Shown here: one piece after another, positions 49,095 to 59,094 of the stretch
Numbering within the stretch: position 1 is the first letter of the stretch
How the letters are laid out: each line of letters starts with the position of its first letter
Assembly (NCBI GenBank): GCA_947313885.1
Contig: CAMZNU010000009.1
Span: forward strand, 396-64,395
Direction of reading: 5' to 3'
DNA: 64,000 nucleotides
Source: an uncultured Clostridia bacterium
Lineage (GTDB): Bacteria; Bacillota; Clostridia; Lachnospirales; CAMZNU01
Notes under the pieces: generated by a model
Told to the model about the DNA's origin: nothing
Seen by the model: only the letters and a program-made list of their open reading frames with translations
Database searches by the model: none
Program-made: the position numbers and the translations under genes

Positions 49095-49309
49095 AAAAGT
49101 ACCTCCTATAATTTTAAGTTTTAGCTAATAAATATTATATTGACTACAAATATAATTAAAAGTAGTCAATATAATGATTATTATAATGCAAAATAAGGAT
49201 ATAGTCAATAAATTGACAAATGTACATAGGAAAAACACAAAAAAATATATGTGTAAATATATAAAAATATGATACAATTAAAAAAATATTTTGTGAATAA
49301 GGAGGAAAT

Positions 49310-50692
49310 ATGTTAAATAAAAAAATATTAAATAATGTGTTAGAAATATGTTTATCAACAGGTGGAGAGTTCGCAGAAATTTTCGTAGAAAATAAAGAAG
49401 TGCAAAATGTATCGTTAATTAGTGGTGTAGTAGAAGGAACATTAGGCGGTATAAATGAAGGTGTTGGTATACGAGTATTTGATAAGGGAACAGTATTATA
49501 TGGATATACAAATGATTTAACACCTAATAATTTATTAAAGGTTGCTAGTGAAATAGCATTAGCTGTAAAAGAAAAAACGGGTAGTAAAATAATATTACCG
49601 TTTATAGATAAAGAAATTGAAAATAAGCATATTATAAAAAAAGTGCCAAACACAGGACATAAAAAATTGGCAGTAGAATTTTTAAAAAATGCACATAGTG
49701 AAAGTATAAAATTTTCAAATTTAATAACAGAAACAAAAGGATCGTATTTATCGTGGGTTCAAAATGTATTAATTGTAAATAGTGAAGGGTTGTATGTAGA
49801 AGACAAACGAGTAAATACGCGAGTAGTAATAAATTCAGTAGCAACTAAAAATTCAGATAAGCAAATGGGATATGAAGCACCAGGAAGTATGGAAGGATTT
49901 GAATTTATTGAAAGATTAGATGGTGGTAAATTAGGACGAGACACAGCAGACGTTGCAACAAGAATGGTAAATGCAGATTTTTGCCCAAGTGGTAAAATGG
50001 ACGTTATAATTGATAACGGGTTTGGTGGTGTAATATTTCATGAAGCTTGTGGACATAGTTTAGAGGCAACAGGTGTAGCAAAAGGGGCATCGGTATTTAC
50101 AGGAAAGCTAGGTGAAAAAATAGCTAGTAGTAAAGTAACGGCAATAGATGATGGTACATTAGCAAATAAATGGGGTTCAATAAATGTAGATGATGAAGGT
50201 AAAATGGCACAAAGAAACGTATTAATTGAAAACGGCATATTAAAATCATATTTAGTAGATAAATTTAATGGTCAAAGTATGAAAATGGAAAGTACAGGTT
50301 CAGGCAGACGTGAGTCGTATAAATATGCACCAACCTCAAGAATGACAAATACATTTATAGACAATGGAACAGATAAAATAGAAGAAGTAATAAAAGATAC
50401 GAAAGATGGATTATATGCAAAAAAATTAGGTGGTGGTTCAGTGCAACCAGCTACAGGAGAATTTAATTTTGCAGTATTAGAAGGGTACATAGTTAAAAAC
50501 GGTAAAATACAATACCCAGTAAAAGGAGCGACATTAATAGGAAAAGGGCAAGAAGTATTATTAAATATAGATAAAGTATGTGATAATTTATTATTAGCAG
50601 AAGGAATGTGCGGTTCTGTTAGTGGTTCTATTCCAACGACAGTAGGTCAACCAACAATAAGAGTAAAAGACTTAACAGTAGGAGGTAGATAA
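49310..50692 (+). CDS. tldD: TldD family metalloprotease
   Basis: HEACGHSLE zinc motif. Paired with a pmbA/tldE gene. Confidence 0.9.
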   Translation: MLNKKILNNVLEICLSTGGEFAEIFVENKEVQNVSLISGVVEGTLGGINEGVGIRVFDKGTVLYGYTNDLTPNNLLKVASEIALAVKEKTGSKIILPFIDKEIENKHIIKKVPNTGHKKLAVEFLKNAHSESIKFSNLITETKGSYLSWVQNVLIVNSEGLYVEDKRVNTRVVINSVATKNSDKQMGYEAPGSMEGFEFIERLDGGKLGRDTADVATRMVNADFCPSGKMDVIIDNGFGGVIFHEACGHSLEATGVAKGASVFTGKLGEKIASSKVTAIDDGTLANKWGSINVDDEGKMAQRNVLIENGILKSYLVDKFNGQSMKMESTGSGRRESYKYAPTSRMTNTFIDNGTDKIEEVIKDTKDGLYAKKLGGGSVQPATGEFNFAVLEGYIVKNGKIQYPVKGATLIGKGQEVLLNIDKVCDNLLLAEGMCGSVSGSIPTTVGQPTIRVKDLTVGGR

Positions 50693-50693
50693 T

Positions 50694-52043
50694 ATGAATG
50701 TATTAATAGAAGAAATAAAAAACAAAATATTTAAATTAGCGAAAGAAATGGGGTTTACAGATTATGAAATATATATACAAAAGGATAATCAATTTTCAGT
50801 CAATATATTAAATGGAGATGTAAGAGAATTTAAAAATTCAAAATTACAAGGAATTGGATTTAGAGGAATATATGACGGTAAGATGGGCTATTCTTTTAGT
50901 GAAAAAGTAGATACAGATATAATAAACTTGTTGTTAACCAATGCTAAAGATAATAGTGAAATAATAGAAAGTGTTGAAGAAGAAATATTATTTGATGGAA
51001 AAGTAAAATATGATCTATATAATGGAATGAATGAGAAATTAGAGGAAGTAGAAGTATCGACGAAAATAGAAATGGCAAAAAAAATAGAAGCTATGTGCCT
51101 AGAAAAAGATAAAAGAGTTAAGATGTTACCACACTGCCTATTATGTAATGGATTATTAGAAATAATAATACTAAACTCTAAAGGGCTAGACGTTAGTAGT
51201 AAAACTAATTATTGCTATGCTGTTGCATATGTAAATGTAGAAGAAAATGGTGAAAACAAAGTAAACGGGGATGTATGGATAGGTAATGACTTTGATGATT
51301 TAGATATAAGTAAATTTACAAAAGATATAGTTGAAAAAGCAGTGGCACAATTAGGAGCAAAAAAAGTAAAATCGGGAAATTACGAAGTAATTTTTGAAAA
51401 TAAAGTAATGGCAGATTTTTTAGAAACGTTTAAATCAAATTTCTATGGTTACAATGTAGATAAGGGATTAAGTAAGTTAAAAAATAAAATAGATGAAAAA
51501 ATAAGTAGTGAATTAATAACGTTAGTAGATACGGGTATATATAAAACTAACATGTCGAATAGAACATTTGATGATGAGGGTGTTAAAACAGAAAAAACAA
51601 CATTAATTGAAAATGGAGTATTAAAAAATTATTTATATACATTAAAAATGGCAAATAAAAAAGGCGTTAAGCCAACAGGTAATGGATTTAAGTCAAACTT
51701 TAAAAGTATGGTATCTACATCTAATACAAACTTGTATATAGAAGAAAGTAAAAACTCTAAAGAAGATTTATTAAATAACGTAGGAGATGGGATATATATA
51801 ACGAGCTTAAGTGGTTTACATTCAGGTGCAAATAGTATATCAGGGGATTTTTCATTAATAGCAAGTGGATTTATGATAAATAAAGGCAAAATAACTAACC
51901 CTATAGAACAGTTTACAGTAGCGGGTAATTTTTATGACGTGTTAAAAAATGTAAAAATGATAGGATCGGATATGAAATTTACTACAGGAGCAGTAGGAAC
52001 ACCGTCTATACATATAGGCAAATTATCAGTAGCAGGAGAATAA
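50694..52043 (+). CDS. pmbA: TldE/PmbA family metalloprotease partner
   Basis: PmbA/TldD fold paralogue without HExxxH. C-terminal GDFSLIASGFMINKGK block. Start 1 nt after the tldD stop. Confidence 0.85.
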   Translation: MNVLIEEIKNKIFKLAKEMGFTDYEIYIQKDNQFSVNILNGDVREFKNSKLQGIGFRGIYDGKMGYSFSEKVDTDIINLLLTNAKDNSEIIESVEEEILFDGKVKYDLYNGMNEKLEEVEVSTKIEMAKKIEAMCLEKDKRVKMLPHCLLCNGLLEIIILNSKGLDVSSKTNYCYAVAYVNVEENGENKVNGDVWIGNDFDDLDISKFTKDIVEKAVAQLGAKKVKSGNYEVIFENKVMADFLETFKSNFYGYNVDKGLSKLKNKIDEKISSELITLVDTGIYKTNMSNRTFDDEGVKTEKTTLIENGVLKNYLYTLKMANKKGVKPTGNGFKSNFKSMVSTSNTNLYIEESKNSKEDLLNNVGDGIYITSLSGLHSGANSISGDFSLIASGFMINKGKITNPIEQFTVAGNFYDVLKNVKMIGSDMKFTTGAVGTPSIHIGKLSVAGE

Positions 52044-52044
52044 A

Positions 52045-52647
52045 ATGATATCATATGTAAAAGGAACATTAGAAATTATAGGGGGAAATGAAGTAATAAT
52101 AGAAAACAATGGATTAGGATATAAAATAAAGATATCAGAAAGTACGTTAAGTAAATTGCCAAACTTAGAAGAAGAGGTAAAGATATTTACACATATGAAT
52201 GTAAGAGAAGATGATATATCTTTATATGGTTTTTTAAGTTTGGAAGAAATAAGTATGTTTAATTTATTAACGTCAGTATCAGGAATAGGTGCAAAGGCTG
52301 GATTATCAATATTAAATACGTTTACACCTGTAGAGCTTATGATGTTTATAATTGCAGAGGACGTTGTAAATATAAGTAAAGCAAAAGGTGTAGGTAAAAA
52401 GACGGCGAGTAGATTGATATTAGAACTTAAAGACAAAATAAATAGTAAAGCAGAATATGTAGAACAGTTAAAAAAGGAAAACAATGGAAAAGATGTAAGT
52501 AGTGTAAAAGAAGATGCAATTAATGCATTAATTGCATTAGGGTACGATAAAGATAAAGCGTTTAAATGTGTATTAGAAGTTGCATTGATTGAAATGGAAG
52601 TAGAAGAAATTATAAAACTTAGTTTAAAAAAATTATCGAGTAGGTAA
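52045..52647 (+). CDS. ruvA: Holliday junction DNA helicase RuvA
   Basis: MISYVKGTL N-terminus, HhH motifs LLTSVSGIGAKAGLSIL / KAKGVGKKTASRLILELK. Confidence 0.9.
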   Translation: MISYVKGTLEIIGGNEVIIENNGLGYKIKISESTLSKLPNLEEEVKIFTHMNVREDDISLYGFLSLEEISMFNLLTSVSGIGAKAGLSILNTFTPVELMMFIIAEDVVNISKAKGVGKKTASRLILELKDKINSKAEYVEQLKKENNGKDVSSVKEDAINALIALGYDKDKAFKCVLEVALIEMEVEEIIKLSLKKLSSR

Positions 52648-52650
52648 AAT

Positions 52651-53679
52651 ATGAAACATAGAATAGTAACGTCAATAAGTAAAAAAGAAGATGTAAAAAT
52701 AGAAACAGAGTTAAGACCTAGTAGTTTCGATAGCTATATTGGACAAAGTAAAGTTAAAGAAAATATGGAAGTGTATATAGAGGCGTCAAAAATAAGAGGT
52801 GATCAGTTAGATCATGTATTATTGTATGGACCGCCAGGGTTAGGAAAAACGACGTTATCAAATATAATAGCAAAAGAATTAGGAGTTAATATAAAAATAA
52901 CGTCAGGACCAGCTATAGAAAAAGCGGGAGATATGGCGGCTATACTAAATGAATTAAATGAAGGTGATATATTATTTGTAGACGAGATACATAGATTAAA
53001 TAGGGTTATTGAAGAATTATTATATCCAGCGTTAGAAGATTTTGCATTAGATATAGTAATAGGAAAAGGAGCAGGGGCAAAAAGTATAAGAATAGATTTA
53101 CCAAAGTTTACGTTAGTAGGAGCGACTACAAGGATTGGAATGTTATCAGCACCATTGAGAGATAGGTTTGGAGTAATACAGAGGTTAGAGTTATACAATT
53201 TAGAAGATTTAGAAAAAATAATAGTAAGATCGGCAGGAGTTTTAGAAGTTGATATAGATGAGTTAGGTGCAAGAGAAATAGCGATGCGTTCAAGGGGTAC
53301 ACCAAGAATAGCGAATAGGTTATTAAAAAGGGTAAGAGATTTTGCACAAGTGAAACATAATGGAAAAATAACGTTACAAGTAGCTAAAGAATCTTTAGAC
53401 TTATTAGAAGTTGATAAGCGAGGATTAGATATGATAGATAGAAAAATGTTAATGACTATGATAGAGAAGTTTGATGGTGGACCTGTTGGCGTTGACACAT
53501 TAGCGGTATCTATAGGTGAGGACAGTACGACATTAGAAGATGTATATGAACCATATTTAATCCAGTTAGGGTATATAAAAAGAACACAAAGAGGACGAGT
53601 AGTAACAAAGCTTGGATATGAGCATTTTGGGATGCAAAAGATAATTAAAGAACAATATATTAATGAGAAATTATTTTAA
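52651..53679 (+). CDS. ruvB: Holliday junction DNA helicase RuvB
   Basis: Walker [10 protein letters not shown], Walker [10 protein letters not shown], sensor [21 protein letters not shown]. Confidence 0.95.
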   Translation: MKHRIVTSISKKEDVKIETELRPSSFDSYIGQSKVKENMEVYIEASKIRGDQLDHVLLYGPPGLGKTTLSNIIAKELGVNIKITSGPAIEKAGDMAAILNELNEGDILFVDEIHRLNRVIEELLYPALEDFALDIVIGKGAGAKSIRIDLPKFTLVGATTRIGMLSAPLRDRFGVIQRLELYNLEDLEKIIVRSAGVLEVDIDELGAREIAMRSRGTPRIANRLLKRVRDFAQVKHNGKITLQVAKESLDLLEVDKRGLDMIDRKMLMTMIEKFDGGPVGVDTLAVSIGEDSTTLEDVYEPYLIQLGYIKRTQRGRVVTKLGYEHFGMQKIIKEQYINEKLF

Positions 53680-53692
53680 GGAGCAAATAGAA

Positions 53693-54616
53693 ATGGAAAC
53701 GATAAAAATTTTTGGTCATAAAGTGCCAGATACAGATTCTACATGTAGTGCAATAGCGTATGCAAAATTAAAAAATGAGTTAGGAATAAAAGCGACGGCA
53801 CATGTGTTAGGTGAAATAAATAATGAAACAAAATTTGTATTAAAACATTTTAATGTGGAAACACCAGAATTATTAGAAGAAGTAGGCGAAGGGGAAAAAG
53901 TTATTTTAGTAGATCATAATGAAGCAAAGCAATCGATTGAAGGTAGAGAAAAATGTGAAATACTAGAAGTAATAGACCATCATAGAGTATCAGATTTTCA
54001 TACGACATTACCGTTATATTTCAGGTCGGAGCCTGTAGGGTGTACGTGTACGATAGTAGCAAAAATGTATATGGAAAATAAAGTAGAGATAAAAAAAGAT
54101 ATAGCAGGAATATTATTAAGTGCAATATTATCAGATACGTTAATGTATAAATCACCGATATCAACAGAAGAAGATAAAAAAATAGGGTCAATGTTAGAAA
54201 AAATAGCAGAAATAAATCATGAAACATATGGAAGAGAAATGATAGAAGCAGGTTCTAAATTTAACGTGATGACAGAAAAAGAAATATTAGAAATCGATGC
54301 TAAAACATTTGAAATAGAAGGTATAGAAATAAGAATAGGACAACTTATAGCATTAGATATAGGTAAAATAATGGAAAGAAAAGATAAGTTAATAATAGAA
54401 ATGGAAAAAGTGTGCGAAGAAAATAAATATAATTTATTTGTTTTGGTAATGACGGACATTATGAAAAATGGAAGTGAGGTTATAATAGTAGGTAAAGATA
54501 AAAGTATAGGGGAGAAATCTTTTTCGATACCAAAAAATGAAAATAGTAAATTTATGGACGGTGTAGTATCAAGAAAAAAACAAGTAGTACCGTTAATATA
54601 TGATAGTTTTAAATAA
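53693..54616 (+). CDS. ppaC: manganese-dependent inorganic pyrophosphatase (family II, DHH)
   Basis: FGHKVPDTDSTCSAIAYA, VDHNE, IDHHR, SDTLMYKSP. Start at the ATG behind AAGGAG (track 53663 overlaps ruvB). Confidence 0.9.
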   Translation: METIKIFGHKVPDTDSTCSAIAYAKLKNELGIKATAHVLGEINNETKFVLKHFNVETPELLEEVGEGEKVILVDHNEAKQSIEGREKCEILEVIDHHRVSDFHTTLPLYFRSEPVGCTCTIVAKMYMENKVEIKKDIAGILLSAILSDTLMYKSPISTEEDKKIGSMLEKIAEINHETYGREMIEAGSKFNVMTEKEILEIDAKTFEIEGIEIRIGQLIALDIGKIMERKDKLIIEMEKVCEENKYNLFVLVMTDIMKNGSEVIIVGKDKSIGEKSFSIPKNENSKFMDGVVSRKKQVVPLIYDSFK

Positions 54617-55166
54617 AATAAGTTACAATTCTCCCGTAATATTAAGTTTTACCGTAATATCAGGACTTGTATTAATATTATCTATTTTAACAGATGGAAA
54701 TGTAAATAAATTATTTTTTAGCGTGTACCCCTTTGACCTTAAAAACATGCTAGGTTATGTAAGAATGTTCACTCATATATTAGGGCATAGTTCTATAGAG
54801 CATTATGTAGGTAACTTTATGTTTATATTATTATTAGGTCCAATCTTAGAGGAAAAATATGGTTCAAAAAACATATTTAAAATGATAGTAATAACGGCAT
54901 TCATAACAGGATTATTTAGCATAGCATTTTTCGATGTAAGGTTACAAGGTGCTAGTGGAATAGTATTTATGTTTATATTGTTAGTATCTGTAGTTAACAT
55001 AGAAAGAGGTAAAATACCATTAACATTTATTCTAGTAGTCGTATTTTATTTAGGTGAAGAAATATTTAATGGACTAGTAAAAGTAGATGATATCGCACAA
55101 TATACACATATAGTAGGTGGGATATGCGGTGCATATTTTGGTTATTTATTAGGGAGGAGAAAGTAG
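54600..55166 (+). CDS. rhomboid family intramembrane serine protease
   Basis: Six-TM-like protein with HxxxN-type block LGHSSIEHYVGNF, catalytic GASGIVF and HIVGGICGAYFG. Confidence 0.7.
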   Translation: MIVLNKISYNSPVILSFTVISGLVLILSILTDGNVNKLFFSVYPFDLKNMLGYVRMFTHILGHSSIEHYVGNFMFILLLGPILEEKYGSKNIFKMIVITAFITGLFSIAFFDVRLQGASGIVFMFILLVSVVNIERGKIPLTFILVVVFYLGEEIFNGLVKVDDIAQYTHIVGGICGAYFGYLLGRRK

Positions 55167-55438
55167 TGAGTGTAAAGACAGAATTAAATGAATTTAAAAA
55201 ATTGATAAAAGAAGAATTAATGGCATATGAAGACGGTGAAAAATTATTTTCGGATTGGGAAAAAGGATTTAATTTATTGTTAAAAGAGAAGAGAATAAGT
55301 AATAAAAATTTAAAAGAGAGTAAAGGAGTACAATATTTTGAAGTCAATGATGAAATGGAAATATTCTCTATAGCAGATGACTTCGTAATAGCGTACGATG
55401 ATAATGATTTAAAAAGTTATTATAAAACGTTTGAATAA
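55166..55438 (+). CDS. hypothetical small protein (90 aa)
   Basis: GTG start overlapping the rhomboid stop (TAGTG), preceded by GGAGGAG. No recognisable domain. Confidence 0.45.
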   Translation: MSVKTELNEFKKLIKEELMAYEDGEKLFSDWEKGFNLLLKEKRISNKNLKESKGVQYFEVNDEMEIFSIADDFVIAYDDNDLKSYYKTFE

Positions 55439-55449
55439 GAGGTGTTGTA

Positions 55450-56280
55450 GTGGAAAAAAACGAGAAAATATCTATGACAAAAGGAAGTTTAAGGTATGCA
55501 AGCACTAATAAGATGTTAACTAGTAAAATAAAAGCAAAGCTTACGGAGTCGATAGAAGATTTGTATTGGTATTTAAAATTTAATTTAAAACTAGATCCTG
55601 ATAGTGTGAATAATGACACTATGTATGTAACGGATTTAGGTGGATTTATAATGGATACATTAATAGTATATAATAGGGAAAAAAACATAATTAAAATATC
55701 ACCGCGTGACACATATGAAAAAAATTTTTATTATATACTAAATATAACAACAGGTGTTAAGTCAGAAAGTGGTAAAAATTTAAAAAAGCAAATAAATATT
55801 TTATTTAAGTTATTGGATTCTAAAATAGTCAATATAGAAATATTAGGAAACGAAAGCTATGTTCCAGAGCCTAAAAGAAGGCATAAGGGATATGAGGCTA
55901 CAAATGTAGTAACAAGAGTAACATCGTTACCGAGTGGTGTTACTAAAAAAAGTAAGCAGTATAAATTAAATTATTCACCTATCCGTGTAAATTTGGTATT
56001 ACCGATAGTATCATTAGCAATATTGCCAATAACATTAAGAAGTGACATTAACAATTATTTAGTAGGAAACTTAATCTTAATATTAATAGGAGTAATAACG
56101 TTAATAGGTCAAATTTCGAAAAATGATAAAAGTTCATGTATAAAATATAATATAGGGGTATTATATTTTAACTTTGGGAGATATAGGAAGGCAGAAAAAT
56201 ATTTCAAAAAGGCTATTGAAAAAGATGAGTATAATGAAAGAGCAGAGTTGGCACTTGGAAAAATTAAATATTATATATAA
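55450..56280 (+). CDS. hypothetical membrane protein (two TM helices, TPR-like C-terminus)
   Basis: ORF with GTG start. Hydrophobic helices LVLPIVSLAILPITL and LVGNLILILIGVITLIG. C-terminal YFNFGRYRKAEKYFKKAIEKDEYNERA is TPR-like. Confidence 0.55.
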   Translation: MEKNEKISMTKGSLRYASTNKMLTSKIKAKLTESIEDLYWYLKFNLKLDPDSVNNDTMYVTDLGGFIMDTLIVYNREKNIIKISPRDTYEKNFYYILNITTGVKSESGKNLKKQINILFKLLDSKIVNIEILGNESYVPEPKRRHKGYEATNVVTRVTSLPSGVTKKSKQYKLNYSPIRVNLVLPIVSLAILPITLRSDINNYLVGNLILILIGVITLIGQISKNDKSSCIKYNIGVLYFNFGRYRKAEKYFKKAIEKDEYNERAELALGKIKYYI

Positions 56281-56284
56281 ATAA

Positions 56285-56313
56285 AAAGATATCTAAAAAT
56301 AGATGTCTTTTTA
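56285..56313 (+). terminator. rho-independent terminator
   Basis: AAAGATATCT-aaaaat-AGATGTCTTT followed by Ts. Confidence 0.65.
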
Positions 56314-56441
56314 TTTGCGTATTTATGAGTATAGTTTAATATATATGTATTGAAAGATTGAAAGGTAAAAAAAATAGAAGTATAATGAATAAAGAATATA
56401 AAAATATAAAAATATAAAAACAAACTAAAATTTGGAGGTTT

Positions 56442-59084
56442 ATGTTGAAAAAATACGTATATGAATTTAATGAGGGTAATAGTTCTATGAATAAATTGTT
56501 AGGTAATAAAGGAGCTAATTTAGCAGAGATGTTAAGTTTAGGGCTACCGATACCAGAGGGTTTTATAATTACGACAGAAGCGTGTAAAAAATACGAAGAA
56601 TATAAAAACACGCCAGAAAACATAGTAGATGAAATTTTTAATCATGTTGAAAAATTAGAAAAAAAAATAAAAGGTAAAAATAGTGAAATGCCTATGCTGG
56701 TATCTGTACGTTCTGGTAGTTCTGTATCTATGCCAGGAATGATGGATACTATTTTAAATTTGGGGTTGAATGATGAGACAGTTGAGCAATTAGGAAGAGC
56801 TACAAATAATAGAACATTTGCTCTTGATTGTTATAAAAGATTTATAATGATGTTTGGGGAAGTTGTTAAAGAGATTGATAAGAAAAAATTTAAAAAGGCA
56901 TTAAAGAAATATAGAGAAGATAAAGGGTATGAAAAAAACGCTTATTTTTCAGAAAGTGAAAATGAAGAAATAGTAGAAATATTAAAAAAAGTGTATTTAG
57001 AAGAGACGGGAGAGATGTTTATAACAGATCCGCGAGAACAGTTGCGTGAATCTATAAATGCAATTTTTAAATCATGGAACAATAGCCGTGCAAGAGCCTA
57101 TAGAAGAATGAATAAAATATCTAACAAATTAGGAACGGCAGTAGTAGTGCAAAGAATGGTATTTGGAAATATGGACAATAAATCAGGTACAGCAGTATTG
57201 TTTTCAAGAAACCCAGTGACGGGAGAAAATAAAATATACGGGGAGTATTTACGAAATGCACAAGGGGAAGATGTTGTAGCGGGGACAAGAACGCCAAAAA
57301 AATTCGCGGATATGGAAAATGATTTTCCGAGTATATATGAAAAAATAATAGAATATGCCCAAATATTAGAAAACCATTATAAGGAAGTACAAGATATAGA
57401 AATAACGATAGAGCAAGACGAAATATATTTTTTACAAACAAGAAGAGGAAAAAGAACGGCTACAGCGGCGATGAAAATAGCAGTCGATTTAGTTGAAGAA
57501 AATATATTAACAAAAGAAGAAGGACTACTTAGTATAAGTTGTGAGGATATAGAAAGATTATTACACCCAACGTTTAAAAATAATGAAGAAATGAGAAAAA
57601 ATATAATAGGGAAAGGGCTACCAGCATCACCAGGGGCAGGAGCAGGTAAAATATATTTCACAGTAGAGAAAGCGGAAGAGGCATATAATAAGGGAGAGGA
57701 TGTAATATTAGTAAGACCAGAAACATCACCAGATGACATAATAGGCATGGAAATAGCAAAAGGTATATTAACTGTATATGGGGGACTTACATCACATGCA
57801 TCGGTAGTTGCAAGAGGTATGGGTAAATGCTGTGTATGCGGTTGTGAAGAAATAGAAATCTCGGAAGATGAGACATATTTTATATTAAACGGGACAAAAT
57901 ATATAGAAGGTCAATATATTTCATTAGATGGAAGTACAGGAGAAATATATGATTGTAAATTAGAAACGGAGCAAGGAAAAATAACAGGATATTTCCATAA
58001 AATTATGGAGTGGTCAGATGAAATAAAAAATTTAAAAATAAAAGTGAATGCAGATACACCAAAAGATGTTAAAAAAGCTATTGAATTTGGAGCAGAAGGT
58101 GTAGGAGTAGTAAGAAGTGAGCATATGTTTTTTGAGGAAAGTAAAATAATAAAAATACATCAAATGATAATGGCAGATACAAAAAGTAGTAGAAACGATG
58201 CAATAGCGGGATTAATGCCATATCAAAAAGAAGATTTCAAGGGTATATTTGAAGAAGTGAAAGAAAAAGGAAGCGTAACAGTAAGACTATTAGACCCACC
58301 GTTACACGAATTTTTACCAACTAGCGATATTGAGTTTAATAAATTAAGTGATGAAATAGGAATAAGTGCAAAAACACTAAAGAATAAGGCAGAAGAGTTA
58401 AAAGAAACAAATCCAATGATGGGACATAGAGGTTGTAGATTAGCATCAACGTACCCAGAAATACCAAGAATGCAAACAAGAGCAATAATAGAGTCGGCAA
58501 TAGAAGTTGCGGAAGAGCAAAGAATAAAAATAGTTCCAGAGATATTAGTGCCGCTAATAGTGGGCATTAAGGAGTTTATAGCAATAAAGAAAATAATAAG
58601 AGAAGAGGCAGAAAATGTAATAGAAGAGAAGGGTGTTAAATTAGAATATAAAATAGGTGCTATGATAGAAACACCAAGATCAGCATTAATTGCGGAAAAT
58701 TTAGCGAAGGAATCAGACTTTTTTTCAATAGGTACAAATGATTTAACCCAGTTAACATTTTCGCTATCAAGAGATGACGGTACAAAAATATTAAGAGGAT
58801 ATTTAGAAGATGGAACATTTCATTTTGACCCGACAGCAACTATAGATGTAGATGGTGTAGGGAAGTTAATAGAGATGTCAAAAGATGGCGGTAAAAAAAT
58901 CAAACCTAATATGGAAATAGGAATATGCGGTGAGCATGGTAGTGATTTAGCATCTATATTATATTTTGATAAAATAGGTATAGACTATGTATCATGTACG
59001 ACGTATAAAATTCCAGTGGCAAGGTTAGGGACAGCCCAGGCAGCAATTATAAATAAAATGAATAATAAAGCTAACAGGAAGTAA
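56442..59084 (+). CDS. ppdK: pyruvate, phosphate dikinase
   Basis: N-terminal LLGNKGANLAEM, phospho-His loop GGLTSHASVVARGMG, C-terminal PEP-utilising FFSIGTNDLTQ and CGEHG. Confidence 0.95.
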   Translation: MLKKYVYEFNEGNSSMNKLLGNKGANLAEMLSLGLPIPEGFIITTEACKKYEEYKNTPENIVDEIFNHVEKLEKKIKGKNSEMPMLVSVRSGSSVSMPGMMDTILNLGLNDETVEQLGRATNNRTFALDCYKRFIMMFGEVVKEIDKKKFKKALKKYREDKGYEKNAYFSESENEEIVEILKKVYLEETGEMFITDPREQLRESINAIFKSWNNSRARAYRRMNKISNKLGTAVVVQRMVFGNMDNKSGTAVLFSRNPVTGENKIYGEYLRNAQGEDVVAGTRTPKKFADMENDFPSIYEKIIEYAQILENHYKEVQDIEITIEQDEIYFLQTRRGKRTATAAMKIAVDLVEENILTKEEGLLSISCEDIERLLHPTFKNNEEMRKNIIGKGLPASPGAGAGKIYFTVEKAEEAYNKGEDVILVRPETSPDDIIGMEIAKGILTVYGGLTSHASVVARGMGKCCVCGCEEIEISEDETYFILNGTKYIEGQYISLDGSTGEIYDCKLETEQGKITGYFHKIMEWSDEIKNLKIKVNADTPKDVKKAIEFGAEGVGVVRSEHMFFEESKIIKIHQMIMADTKSSRNDAIAGLMPYQKEDFKGIFEEVKEKGSVTVRLLDPPLHEFLPTSDIEFNKLSDEIGISAKTLKNKAEELKETNPMMGHRGCRLASTYPEIPRMQTRAIIESAIEVAEEQRIKIVPEILVPLIVGIKEFIAIKKIIREEAENVIEEKGVKLEYKIGAMIETPRSALIAENLAKESDFFSIGTNDLTQLTFSLSRDDGTKILRGYLEDGTFHFDPTATIDVDGVGKLIEMSKDGGKKIKPNMEIGICGEHGSDLASILYFDKIGIDYVSCTTYKIPVARLGTAQAAIINKMNNKANRK

Positions 59085-59094
59085 AGGTGAATAG

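Noticed and set aside
52812-53498. 228-aa minus-strand ORF opposite ruvB
   Set aside because: Shadow ORF of a highly conserved gene, with no independent signals.
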